Part shown: piece by piece, positions 12,547 through 25,104 of the stretch
Numbering within the stretch: the first letter of the stretch is position 1
How the letters are laid out: each line of letters starts with the position of its first letter
Assembly (NCBI GenBank): GCA_010093815.1
Contig: ML996580.1
Reading direction: 5' to 3' (one strand)
DNA length: 64,000 bases
Origin: Pseudovirgaria hyperparasitica
Lineage: Eukaryota
Made by a program: the position numbers and the translations under genes
The notes under the pieces: generated by a model
What the model was told of the DNA's origin: nothing
Database searches by the model: none
The model's input: only the letters and a program-made list of their open reading frames with translations

Positions 12547-13931
12547 TTACTGGTCATCTTGATCGTCAGGTTGATCGAAGAGAAAGTTCGCCGCAAGCTC
12601 CTCGTTCTTGTCGCACGCAAAGTAAGCCTGGATGACGAGATCACGTTCAAAGCCAAGTCGGCAAAGCTAGTCGTCGGTTAGACATCGTTACACAAAAAGT
12701 TTACATATGACTTACGCGTTCGATGGCCTCGCGTTCTTCCTCGGTCACACTGATTGCTTGAGCACCTGGCGGAAGTGCAGCATCTTCGTCCCCATCTTCA
12801 GCGAGAAGCTGGAGGAACTGGTCGGGGTGCTGGCCGATCAGGCGGGCCAGTTCGGGATTGCCAGAACCAACTTGCTGTAGGATTGGCTCAAGCATTTGCG
12901 GTTGCTGTTGAACAACTTGACGTAGCTGCTGGAACTGTGGGTTGTTGCGTAAGAAATCGAGACTACCAGGAGTACCTGCAGAGCCGGCAAGCGCAGCAGC
13001 GGCGGCACCAGCTTGACCACCTGCAGCAGCACCTCTGGCCCCAGCCCCACGGCCTCCTTGACCAGCTTGAGCTGCAGCTTCGAATAGGTTGACAGGCTCG
13101 TCACTGCCGGCCGAAGTGGCAGCGCCAGTGTTTGCTGCTGCCGGCGGTGCTGCAGCTCCAGCGGTGGGTTGTGTAGGAGCTGCTCGGGCCTGTTCCTCCC
13201 TCAAAGCACTCTCGGGGATACCTGTTAGGAGGTACTCGACAGCTCTATCGGGATTGAAAAACGCTGCTCGCATGGCCCTGTCGATATCTGCACGCTCGAA
13301 ACCCATGCTCTCCATGTTTGCAATAGCCGCATCTCTTTGATTCCCCATAGTCAAAGCAGATGGGTCATTGAAATTTTGCTCAGAAGTCTGCGGGGCAGCT
13401 GGAGCAGGCGATGGCGTGGCTGGAGCATTGGACGTCGTCGATGACGCAGCTGGGGCGGGTGCAGCAGGTGTTCGGATAGTTGCCGGGGCAGGAGTTGAGG
13501 GAACAGCTTTGCTAGCGGACGCGGCGCCAGCAGCTACCTTGGGCTGTAGGATGTGAGAATACTATCAGACCAGTCGCTGAGATTTTACATACCTTGGACA
13601 CCATGCAGACGATGAAACCCTTCTCTTCGATGTTGTACGATTCAACGGTTTTGTCATCCTGTAAGATCTTGCCCGAGTATATGAGCTTTTGCAGTGAGGG
13701 CTCCCATCCTTTCTCAGCCGAGATCCTAGCCTTGACGGCTGAGATCTATGTAGTTCGTCAGCGAGAATGTAGACTGTCGCGTCGCGACGCAGAAGATAGC
13801 TAACCGTTTCAGAGGGCTCGGCCTCGATAACGAACTTTTGTTGTTTTAGATCCTATCGTCGAGTCAGATTTATCGAGTCTTGTAGAGTATACAGTGATAA
13901 GCAGGAGGCATACCTTGAAAGTGAGCTTCAT
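12547..13931 (-). CDS. RAD23: UV excision repair / proteasome shuttle protein Rad23 (UBL-UBA1-XPC-binding-UBA2), multi-exon
   Basis: MKLTFK start; [30 protein letters not shown] (UBL); [31 protein letters not shown] (UBA1); [30 protein letters not shown]; last exon [20 protein letters not shown] then TAA. Confidence 0.96.
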
Positions 13932-14314
13932 GTTTGCGAATTTTTTGTGGAGGTAGTGGTTGAAGGTGTGTTCGGAACAAGTGGGGAAGACGAAGGGATA
14001 GCGGGCAGGTTGACTACGCAACTATGCTGGGGCCTAGGACCAGATGGTGTTCAAGGTCGACGGCTGACAGCGTGGTAGCAACGAGGCCAAAAGAATGTTT
14101 TGACTGCAGTGTTCTGTGATGTGGATATGTGTTTAGAGTGAGTGGCCAACGAAGAGGTGGAGGTGAAAGTGATGCATGGATACCAGATGATAGACTGAGA
14201 GGACCATCACTGCCACTAATTTACTGGGCACTGCCACTGCCGCCACCTTCGCCATGCCACACGTACCTGCCAAAAGTGCCCGCAGCTCCCCCACCACAAC
14301 ACACTAGAAATGAC

Positions 14315-14380
14315 GAGGTGTTGCTGCCTGAGGTATTACTGCCTGAGGTATTACTGCCTGAGGTATTACTGCCTGAGGTG
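14315..14380. repeat. 15-bp minisatellite GAGGTATTACTGCCT, about 4.4 copies
   Basis: gaggtgttgctgcct + 3x gaggtattactgcct + gaggtg, about 0.4 kb upstream of the RAD23 ATG. Confidence 0.9.
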
Positions 14381-16480
14381 CCAACTGCACATCAAGGTTC
14401 ACCCGGCGTTCGCCCAGCCGCCAGCTGCCACGGGCTGATGCGCACATCACGCAACGAAACTCTATATACGATAATAACGCAGCCATCTATTCTTGCATCA
14501 CCGAGCAACGGCCTGCCGCGACTCATGAACAGCTCTGGCGCCTTTGTATAGGCTCGATCCGCACCGCTATCCTTCAGTCGAATTTATCGTCGTTGCTGTT
14601 TCGAATAATGACCCACCTGCAACGCTTCTGTGTGTTTTGAGACCCAGTGAGGATAACATACTCAAAGTCAAGTCGTTTGAGCAAAGGCTATGTGACGAAG
14701 CCACAACATTCCTCTACCATGCTGTAGCCAGTGCTCAGCTTGTATTCAAAGGCGGAATCGAATCCTGCTGCCAGGAACGTTAATAGCAAATGGAGACCAC
14801 AAGGCGGCCCTTTCTGTTCCTTCACCAGCGTCAAGAGATTGACAAAGGGCCACACGGCCATAAGGCAGATCGTCGCTTCGTCTCTTGATCATCGCGGCCC
14901 GTACTGCAGCGAGCACGGATCTAGCCAGATCTGGAATCTGAGCCTGTCATCAAGGGCTCGTCATGAACGCACCATGCTGTTACTGACTCACTCCCGACAG
15001 GCTGGCTTCGCTGTCAAGTCGTAGCCTCGTGATACGTACAAAGTTATTCGTGTTACAGCCGCCCTCTGTGCTACGATTCAACCTCACTATGCTGATACGC
15101 TGTCGAGGAAGGAGTAAGAAGACTAGATGGAGAGACATACGAGAATGAATATATCGACTTTAGCGATTGAGAGCTGACAGCCCTGCTAGTTCCATGGCAC
15201 AAACCAGCATTGCGCGACGCGTTCGTGCGGAGATTACATTTCTTGGGGTCGGAATAGTGAAAGATGCTAGCTAGCCACCTAGGCCGCAGACGAGAACGCT
15301 GGCGACCACGGGGATCTGACACGAACCTGTTGCTATGTGCGCCCCGATCATACATGCTTGCACGTCGCTGGAATGTCTTGGGACTGCAAAGTTCGGAATT
15401 GTGTCTCTGAGGGCACGGAAACAGGCTCCCTTTGGACACTCCGAACCTTGCCTCGCGTCCCCTTCGGCAATTACTCCCGTCTGTTACACCTTGAGCCGAA
15501 GCAGTAACTTATGAACAAGCTGCTGGTAAAGCCGCGCCAGAGCCCAACTCTGGCCCCTCCAAAGTCGAAACCTGGTGGGAATTTGACTTTGACATGAAGG
15601 TTCCAGCGCGAAGATAGAAAACTACAAAGGGGCATGACACGATCCAGACATAAGATTAGCAAGCCATCTGACTAGGGGCAATTGCGCAAACCTCAAGTGG
15701 TAGGCTTCAGCCCTGTGTGAAGTGTGGACCGGCATGCAGGCCAAGTCGCAGCGGCAGACCACAACACCACCAGTGCCACGCCGCACACTATGGCGGCATG
15801 GCTTGCCGTTGGGTTCATCCTGGTAGAATAAACACCACGCTTTGACGCGTTTCCTTAGATTTGCGATCGCGACCATAACATCACTTCTCTCCCGCATCCC
15901 CACCCCCAAATGCCTTAAATCCTCCGATCCGATTTCACCGTGCTGCGTGTCACACTCTGACGCTGCTTACTCCGTTATATTTGTACTATACCCACCACCG
16001 TCCAACCGAACGGTTTCCCTTTTTTCTACAATCTATTCCGAGCCTTGTCACGTTACAAGCATCCTGGACTACTGGAAACAACCACTTCTGCAAACTGGTC
16101 TTCAGCTACATCCGAGACTGTGAAACGCAAACACAGGTCAGCGCCATTCCTCTGCCAAATACTTCATTCAAAAGATCCCATCGCAAAATAACATCTTGTT
16201 TTCATTCTTTCGACGCGTGGACCCGCCTTCATCCCTAGCTACCTCGCGTGCTTAGCCTGGTCTACTTCGCAGTCGTAAAACCGCACCACAGACGACGTTC
16301 ACTTTCTTTTTTTTGACATATCAGACCTTTGCTTGCTATGGCTTTTTCATCATTCGGCCATTAGTAGAACGGGTAACGAGTATTTTCGACCACCGATTGG
16401 ACCGACAACACCACGGTCCAGGCCTATACCAGACTTATTTATCTTCATTCGCTTCTTTGCATCATCTACAGGTAGAAAAC

Positions 16481-17731
16481 ATGGAGGCACCATTAGATGC
16501 GGATCGCATAAGCCGAACGGCTTTGCGTATTATAGCAGCTTTGGCGTGGATCTTTGCTGCGACCACTGCGGCTTTGACCTTGGTCGATACCGTAGCTTTG
16601 GCAGAAACATCATATCGCTTCTTGGCGGTAACAGCGACAGCAGCTGTCTTTGACCTGCTTAGTCTCGGTGCAATCATTTTGTTTGCTGCAATCTCGCTCT
16701 TGGGTAAGGAGTGGACATGGGCTTCTGCGAATCGCAAGACGTATCTCGTCCCAGGCTGCATCATCATGTCGATTCTGTCAGTTGGATCGACTGTAGCAAG
16801 CTATGTCTTGGTAGACATCAACCTTGCCAAAGTCATTGATCATCTTCCGGCGTGGTGGCTCAGTCCAAGCTACATAAAATACATTGTTTGGGGCTTTGCG
16901 ACGTTCAGCCAGGGCGTCATGTACATTTCCGTCTCCTGGGGCAGATGGAGAATGACGGGACCAACCAACATGACACTCAACGCAGGTCCTCGGGATTCCG
17001 TCATCTCAAGCACCCGGACCCGGAAGCCGAATCCGGCAACGTCACTTCAAGAGATGGCTCGGCCATTCGCTCGTGACGCTCGGCCAGTCTCAGCTTCAGC
17101 ATCTCGCAAATCTTCACAGTCATTTGACTCATTACGTTCGTCTATTCAGCAAGTCGTACGACCAGTCACGTCAAGAAGTCGACTTGTGAGCAAGCCGTCA
17201 ACTCCTGTCGGAAGCTCGAGCTTCACGTCCGAGAAATCAGCCGGTGAGAGACCACATCAATCGGATGGATTCGATACGTGGGACACGTCTGCAGTGGAGC
17301 AACATTACAGAGACGCGTTGATGCCGTCTGCGACGTCGCCCAATTCGATTTCTGGCCCCTCTCGAGGCACAGCTCTTGAACCGATACCAGGAAGTCGACC
17401 AGCCTCACCAGCAAAGCCACTGGACGGTCCATTTCCGAGCCCGGCCGGCAGCTCACATGAAGATGTGGTCATGTCTCCGAAGCCACCTCCAGCAATAGCG
17501 CAGCTTGAGAGCCCTACGATGAGCCAGATGCACATCCATCCTCTTTTCCGGAGGGACTCACCAACGCCGCCACCAGCAGCAACGCCAGGTACCGTGATCA
17601 CGGCAGCACCGTACAGCAGCCAGCCGATATCGAGACCGCTCAGTCGCCGACCTACAAAAGAGAGCCTGCATGAGGACCGATTGAGGTCGAACAGTGGTGG
17701 CGTGAGTGTGAGTCCGCTTGGCATTTCATGA
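16481..17731 (+). CDS. Uncharacterised fungal membrane protein: about 4 N-terminal TM helices plus a long S/P-rich disordered tail
   Basis: Start at ATG 16481 (MEAPLDA). Four hydrophobic segments, then motifs DGFDTWDTS, LEPIPGSRP and HIHPLFR.DSPTPPP.ATPGT; long uninterrupted ORF. Confidence 0.75.
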   Translation: MEAPLDADRISRTALRIIAALAWIFAATTAALTLVDTVALAETSYRFLAVTATAAVFDLLSLGAIILFAAISLLGKEWTWASANRKTYLVPGCIIMSILSVGSTVASYVLVDINLAKVIDHLPAWWLSPSYIKYIVWGFATFSQGVMYISVSWGRWRMTGPTNMTLNAGPRDSVISSTRTRKPNPATSLQEMARPFARDARPVSASASRKSSQSFDSLRSSIQQVVRPVTSRSRLVSKPSTPVGSSSFTSEKSAGERPHQSDGFDTWDTSAVEQHYRDALMPSATSPNSISGPSRGTALEPIPGSRPASPAKPLDGPFPSPAGSSHEDVVMSPKPPPAIAQLESPTMSQMHIHPLFRRDSPTPPPAATPGTVITAAPYSSQPISRPLSRRPTKESLHEDRLRSNSGGVSVSPLGIS

Positions 17732-20230
17732 TTATGGTTTAGAGGTGGGTGACATGACTGTTGTGGGAATATGTATGCGGAGCTGTAGAGATATGAGGTG
17801 GCTGTGCCGCCATGTATGAGATATGAGGGATGTGGTTCTTTTCTTCTTTTGTTTATCCACCCCTCTTGGAGCATTGCAGGCGGGAGTAATTATTGGAGGC
17901 AGTCATTCGTCGCAGGTAATTGTGGTTTGCCGTTATCAAGATATCGGAGAGGAACCAAGTAGGTCAATGCTCGTTAGCGAGGCGCTTCTTTTTTAGGGTA
18001 CAGGGATCACTGAGGGGACTATAACGAGAGGTGTTTTTTGGGGAATGATAGGCGGAGTTATGGTGCATGCGATTGTCTGGCTCAAGCCATTGAGGGCATG
18101 GCATGTACAGCGCCCATGAGTGGCTTTTTATCTTGTAACAAAGTAGCAGGAACCGAACTATCAATAAACAATAGTGATACGCAGTGTGTTTCTCTCTCTC
18201 TCGCTGTCGAAGCGAGGTCTGAGATTTGAACACGGAGACATGGTTTGTAGTTATCAGTGAGTGGTAGATATCACTATGTATGTATGGTGAAAGTTAATAT
18301 CTTTAAACTGCTGATCCCCTGCCCTGGTCCAACGATGACGAATTAGGTGGCGTGTCTAAGTAAACACACGGCGCATCAATTCGCGAGGCATCGAGTTGGT
18401 CTGGTAGCTTGCGCAGGACAGACAAAGTAGGTACTTCCATGTATGCATGTATGCATGTATGTGTACTGTTCCAAGATCTCAATCAGGCGGAAGGTCGTGC
18501 ACATAGGTTGGCTGTAACTTTGTCGTCGTGTGATGGTCACAGGCTTCTGTTTCGTTAGGAGTACAGGTACAGGTGATGGGCCTTGGCAGCGACAGAAAAG
18601 TGGGTCCGGTCCGGTCCCTGGTAGGTAAGGTAAGGTCCACAGTAGTAGTAGTAGTAGTATAGTGGTTAGTCAGGATATGCAAATAAACCAGCTCAAACTC
18701 GACTAAGTGACGTCAAGGCATGTTCAAGGTATTATGAAATGACATGGGCATTGCGAGTTGACGATTAGGGAAGTAGAATGGGCATAGGTGGCTTGTGAAT
18801 AGAGACTTGGGGTTTTGTTGGATGGAGGATGGGATGGTGAATAGATGACAGCGTGTCACCGGAGGATCAGTCAGTCAGTCAGTCAGTCTCGAGGTCCTGG
18901 GGCTGCAGCAGAGCAGAGCAGCGTCGAGTGGTGCCTGCATGAGATAAGTGCACTTCTCACAGACTGCTTGAGTGTAAGACTGTGGAAGGACGGACGAGCA
19001 AAGTGAATAATATATATATATATATATATCGAGACGACCGCTTGTTATCACTTTTCTGCAACAGCGGGCGAATCGTCTGAGCTTTAGGCCTTCTGGTTGG
19101 CTGAAAGGTTGTTTAGCGCATTCCGAAAGCGGAAAGGCCGTGGACAAGGAAGGAACTACTGTGCCAACCACTGAGCCGAGAGAGAGACTGAGAGACAGAG
19201 AGAGACAGAAGAGAATCGCAGCATCAGATTCAGAAGAACCAATTTTCCGAATCTTCTACTACAACTCACTCTATCTCTATCTCTCTGCTCTTCTTCTCTA
19301 TTGACTACTACTACTCTTGCTGCTAAATCCCCCCGCTCTGTCTTGCTCTTGTCGTCGTCGAGCTCAACTCCGCCAAAAAAATACGCCTGTGAAGCCCGCC
19401 GGGGTCAGCGCAACGCGAGCGAGCATTTTAGTTCGCCTCCGCAAGGGTTTGTTGCTCTCTATTCCTGCTAATTACTCCTCTCACGTTTACACCCACTCCA
19501 ACCCTTTCCAAAAAAAGTTCTCTGCTCATTCATCTTCACTCGAACCGTCAGGAGTCTCTTCTGCCTCTGACTGGTCTTTTTCATCAAATCTTCCGTCGTC
19601 CTGCAAATCCGCCGACCGTCTTGGTTCGCGTGTCCGTTAGTTAGTGATAACCTGGAGCAAATTTCCTTCGCGCGGCAAAGCAAAGCGGGCGACATACCAA
19701 CAAAGCAAGAGAGATATGTAAGTCTTTTTTCACCCATTCCTGGGCATCTTTGCAATTTGTTGGAGACGATGGTATTGCGAGGCATGGTAATCACATTACT
19801 GCCTTGTCTTGTATATTCTATCATTGTTTTTTTTTCTTCTTCCCTTGAGCTTGCACTGCGCTCTGAAACCATTCCTGGCATCTTTGAGCTCACTCACGGT
19901 AAAGGGCGGACGCAATGCTGACCTTATTTGCAGACAAACGCTTCTACCGTCACGGTTAAATAACTATTAAACCGTCACACTGCAGCTGATTCATCTTGTT
20001 TTTACTGTACAGCTTGGCTCATCTGCCGATGCAATTCGAATATCGGTGAGTCGTCCTCGAGGCGGCACTGACATCCATCCGAAACAAGAAGTGCTTCTAA
20101 CGGCCGCGTGCTAGCTACTACTACTACTACTAACAACAACTACTACAACTACTACTACTATTACGACACACACATTCACACACACACACACACACACTCA
20201 CTCACTCACACACGAGTCCTGAAGTGCACG

Positions 20231-23200
20231 ATGAAACGACGTCGGACTACCAATGTACGGGCTGCTGCAAAGACAGACGGCGCCGTTGTTGCGAATCCTA
20301 CAGGTATGTCATGTCGCTCTTCGCCATTCTCTTTTTCCATTCCCTCATCATCATCAACATCATCATCAACTCACTTGCATAATTATTATCCTCACTCTTT
20401 TACTCCATTTTTCTCTTCTGTCTCTCTCTTCCTCTCTCTCTCTCTCTTTCGCTCCCTCTCTCGCCCTCCCTCGATGATCATGCAATCCTCCGAAAGCACC
20501 GTAAGCTAATTATGGCGGCGTCTTCAGCCACAGCCCCAGAAGGGACTAAGCGAGGGACTAGTAGGGCGAGTAAAAGCGCAACTTCGGGCTCAGGCCCAGC
20601 GCGCTCTTCCCGTCTGTTACCTTCAGAACCTCTGCACATGACAACTCGTTCCAGAGCGGCCACAGCATCTGCTACAAACTCGGCCACGAGCGGAGATAGT
20701 CGCAGAAGCTCGCTGAACACTCTTCATCACTCTCCAACTTCTCCCTCTGATCATGGCGACCCTTCGAGGCCGCGCAAACGTGCAAAAGCGGCATCAACAA
20801 ACCCTTCCAACGCCGCCGCTCCAACTCTTGATTCTGTAGAGTTTGCGGATGCCCACATGGAGGACTCTCTTCCAAGTGATGCGACTGACATGTCGCGAAC
20901 AAATTCACAGATGTCGCAACTGTCTTCGTCTTCTTCTTCTAAATCCTCAAAGAGGAAGCGTACTTCCGAGCCCTTGGAAGACCCTGCTGCCAAGACCAAT
21001 GGTAATCTGAGTGAGACTGCAGCAGCCGCCGCCGATCACGAGATAGCCATTGACACTGTCGAGGACGTCCAGCCAGCTGTGCAACGACCAAATCGTCGAA
21101 GTACCCGTGCGCGGCGCTCTGTAGAAGTCGCAAATGCGGACTCGGCAGCCTCAAGCACCCAGACTACACCACCCTTGCATCCACCAGACGAAGAGCTGGC
21201 TCTCGAAAGTCCTGGTGTAGTCGCAACTTCTGCTGTCGCTCATGGTGTCCCAGAGGTGAAGAAGAAACTTCCTGGACGACGCCGTGCGCCACATCAAAAC
21301 AACTACGTCGAGGCCGGATTACGGCAGCAACTCGGCCTCAAAGTAGGCTACCGTCAAGTGGCCAAGTTTGAGAAACTCGTCAATCTCGAGCTCGTGAACA
21401 GATCGATTCGAGAGCTTGAAGAAGACCCGGAGGCCCATGAGAAGCTACCAGACTACAAAAATGTGACTGATCAGCTCGATAAGATCCTCGAAGATAAACT
21501 CGCGGATCTGGAGAAGCAGCGCATCCACACGAGGGCCATGCTGGCACGCGAACATGATGCACACCAAGCCATACTCGAGGAGCAAGCTGCGATCAAAATT
21601 CGCGATACGCAGGACGAATTTGTCACGAGAATCCAATACCGACTACTCGAATTGGAGCGTGGAATCAGGGCTGATGATGACGAAGCCACTCAGCCCGACT
21701 TCGATCTCATACCTCCACCGGAGAAGATTCTTCTAAACGGAAAGAAGAACAGAGTCAAGTCACATGCTCCCATGCCATCAAAGCACACTTCACGAGCCAA
21801 GCTGTTCTGCGACACCAAAAACTTTGCCAAACAGGCGGCCAAGAGGCACGAACTCGACCAGATGCGACGATCCTTTATGCAAGCGAACCCGGATGTCTAC
21901 GATGATGAAGTAGTTTCTGGACGAGAGGGCTTTGCTACCTTTAATCTACCAGACCGCGAGCTTGCTGTTTCGGTTTTCAACGCGCAGCAGTTGGTCGATG
22001 CCGCAGATGCAATCGAGAAGGGAGCGTTACTCCCACCGGTGACCAAGATTATTCCAAACGAAAAGGCAACTGCTTTGCAAGCCTTGGCAGATGTGTTTGC
22101 AAGCGCCGGTCCAGTGGCTGCTACGCCTGCAAAGAAGCTGTTTGTTACATCGACGAATATGCCAACGACTCCAGCGACGCACACACAGAAATCGCCTGAA
22201 GCTCCGCCGTCAGTAGTGTCCGCCTCAATGTCGCTTGCAACAACTTCGGAAGCCCTTCCTGAAGTCGAGAAAGATCGGATAGTTCCATCTGACCAGGGTG
22301 CCGAGCGGGTGCCTTCCCAGACCGAAAGCCCTCAACTCGGGCATCACCCACCCGTGGATGCAACCCCCAAACCGTCGAGTTCAAAGATTGGCGATATCTT
22401 GAACCGAGATGAGCCCAACCCATCGCCATTCCGGCCGTCCAAGTACGAACGACAGCTTGCGAATGGCCAGCCTGTCCAACACGACTTTCCCGCAAAGCCT
22501 CCGGTTCTACAGCAGTCTGCAACCGACGCGACAAGATCTTCGTCGATGACTCAAAGCATTCATTCGTTCCAGGTTAAGCCTCTCTCTCCGGCACGTGAGA
22601 TTACTGCTCCGTCTCTGGGCAAGTCTGCTCAAGTCGGAACTCAACCGCCTGCATTGCTACCACCGATTCGAACGTTGGATGAAGCTGAACACGCTGGTCA
22701 ACCGGCTGCAGGACCAAGTTCGGAATTCTGGTCTACCATCGCCAAGGCTCCCGAGTCGCCTAGCCACCTCCACACAAGACAGCACAGTCTCGAGAGAGGC
22801 GGTCCAGCCGCCCGGTCGCCATATGAGACCAGGAGCAAGGCCCCCGAAAAGGAGGGTCCAGACGACTCCAAACCCGTACTTGAAAGTGCTTCTATGGGGC
22901 CACCTCAGCGCTCTGCATCCACACAGGCGCCGACAAAGTCTGTTCCGTCTCCTATCAACCCGCCGCCTCGTCTGTCTATGCCTCTGATTGAGCAACATCA
23001 CACACGAAACAGAAGTGAGGATCACAGTCAGAATTCGCTGCACGGCTATACCGATAGGCGTGGCTCGTTCAGCTCCACGCGAGAAAGCTCACATGGCTCC
23101 CAAGGACCTGTCCAACCCCATGCAACTCAGCTTTCTCGCTCGCAAAGCCACGACCGGCCTCCTGTGTACCATGAGGATCCCAATCGTCGACCCCCAAGTC

Positions 23201-24150
23201 GGACTCAACAAGGCCCAACCGGCCCATCAACTACACATGACCCACGCTCAGCTGGTCCTTATTCGCCGGCTCCGTATGGTCAACATGGACCGTACCCTCC
23301 ACCACCTCCACCACCTCATGCTCCTCATGCTCCTCATCCTCCTCATCATCACCATACACAGTACGGGTATCAGGGGCCACCTCAAAACCAGCCTTATTCG
23401 GGCCCACACTATCCACAGTACGCTCCTCAGCAATCCCCCTACCCACCACCGCCGCCGCCGCCACACTACCCATACCATACTCACGGCTCTCCACCACCTG
23501 GCACTTCATATCCACCTGTCGACTCTGCTCACGTGAATCCACAACATGGACCACCATCTGGTCAGTATGGTCCCTCTACAGACCAGCGCGGCCCCCCTCC
23601 AACACAGCAGCACCATGGTAGAGGGAACTATGGACCACCGCCGACTCCCATTGCACCTCAATACCCTGGCTATGGCTACCCTCATCAGCAACACTATCCG
23701 TACCAGCACGACCATCGGTCGCAAGGCCCTCCTCCAGGTCCTCCAGGTCCTCCAGGTCCTCCAGGTCCTCCAGACCACCGAACACCACAGCAGATACATG
23801 GTGGTCCTGGTCGCGGCAAGCGAGGAAGTCGTGGAAGCCGTGGAAGTGCCAACAACACGCCCGCGCCGCCACCCCCGCCACAAACACACATGCAGGGATC
23901 GTTCAGCGCGCATCCTCAAGTCCCGGGCAAGCAGCCCTTGCTTCCTGCTCCGGACGCGCGAAGCCCAACGACAATGCCTCATTCGGCAGCTTACGCGAAC
24001 CCGAATCAATCTGCATTCCAGATCCATCCCCCAAAGGCAGCCGGTCCGACGAGCGGTGATCAGATTCTTCCAAAGAAGAGACACCGCCAGTACAGCACTG
24101 TGCCGGGCACCATCTTCCGGGACTACCAGCCACCGAAGAAGTCTGCCTGA
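20231..24150 (+). CDS. Large uncharacterised nuclear-type protein (coiled-coil segment, long P/Q/H/Y-rich tail); probable first exon 20231-20303, intron 20304-20527
   Basis: 1212-codon ORF 20512-24150. Upstream ATG exon MKRRRTT...NPT ends at GTATGT; branch GCTAAT at 20505 and CAG at 20525-20527 splice it in frame. KKLPGRRRAP motif precedes an E/K/L-rich helical region. Confidence 0.8.
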
Positions 24151-24356
24151 ACGACCGTCCACGGGTACGGCTTGCAGAGCTACAGGACCGCATGTGCCTG
24201 GCACTATCGTCCGGGACTAGCAACCACCGAAAAAGTCTGCATGAACGACCGTCCACGGGTACGGCTTGCAGAGCTACAGGACCGCATGTGCCTGGCACTA
24301 TCTTCCGGGACCAACAACCAACAAAGAAGTCTGCATACAGGACAGCATGTGCCTGG
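24099..24356 (+). repeat. 94-bp tandem duplication (about 2.7 copies) spanning the stop codon of the preceding gene
   Basis: Units start tgtgcc at 24099, 24193 and 24287, plus a short fourth start at 24348. Shared core gaacgaccgtccacgggtacggcttgcagagctacaggaccgca in copies 1-2. Confidence 0.93.
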
Positions 24357-25104
24357 GTCGCTCTATATACTCGCGTCGGTGAACAAGTCCGACGATTCTG
24401 TATGAAAACCACCTCATCACACTACTGTGATTGCTCGCATTGTTTCCTGTACCACCAACTTTCCTTTCTGTTTACCTGCAACCATCTTGCATCACCAGCA
24501 CAGCACAATCGGCGTTCTTCAAGGCACACTCATGGTCGTCTCCCTATCTGCGCTAGGGGATACTACCACCTTTTGCTATGTTGGTTTTAGGATGCGAATG
24601 CTTATATACCACACCGGGTCTTGCTGCATTGTACTTGACTGCGTTAAACTTTTATATTCCCTGCGCTAATACTCCTCCTCATGGCTGCTGTTGTTTGGTT
24701 GCTGGGCTCAAAGTCCCTTTGATTTTGGCTACATGCCGCCGGTTGGACAGGGGCGTACTCGTCTGGGTCACTTGGGCAGCTGCATATGCGGTGCGGTTAC
24801 TGCTGCTGCTGCAATTATATACATGTCGACATGACGACATATGATCAATGTACTACTTATTTGTTCACTCTTCACTGACTGGTGTGTTTTATTGTGCATG
24901 TGTGGTGGTATGCGTGCGTGCGGTACGGTACATTGGATGCGCTGCGTGCATGCATACTTACATACTGCTCGTGCTCGTGTCGTGCTCAACATGCCTGATA
25001 ATGATCGGCGGGTATCTCATCCATTCATCCATCCCTCTGTCCATCCATCCATCCATCCACCCCTCCACTCTCCGCTCAAAACCAACCCTCAAAAACCACG
25101 CACC

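Noticed and set aside
14400..16300. Several 60-120 aa ORFs between RAD23 and the membrane-protein gene
   Set aside because: No motifs or coherent exon chain; probably promoter and leader sequence.
24099..24356. CRISPR-like or LTR-like repeat
   Set aside because: Eukaryotic context, no unique spacers, no cas or retroelement ORFs; it is a simple tandem duplication.
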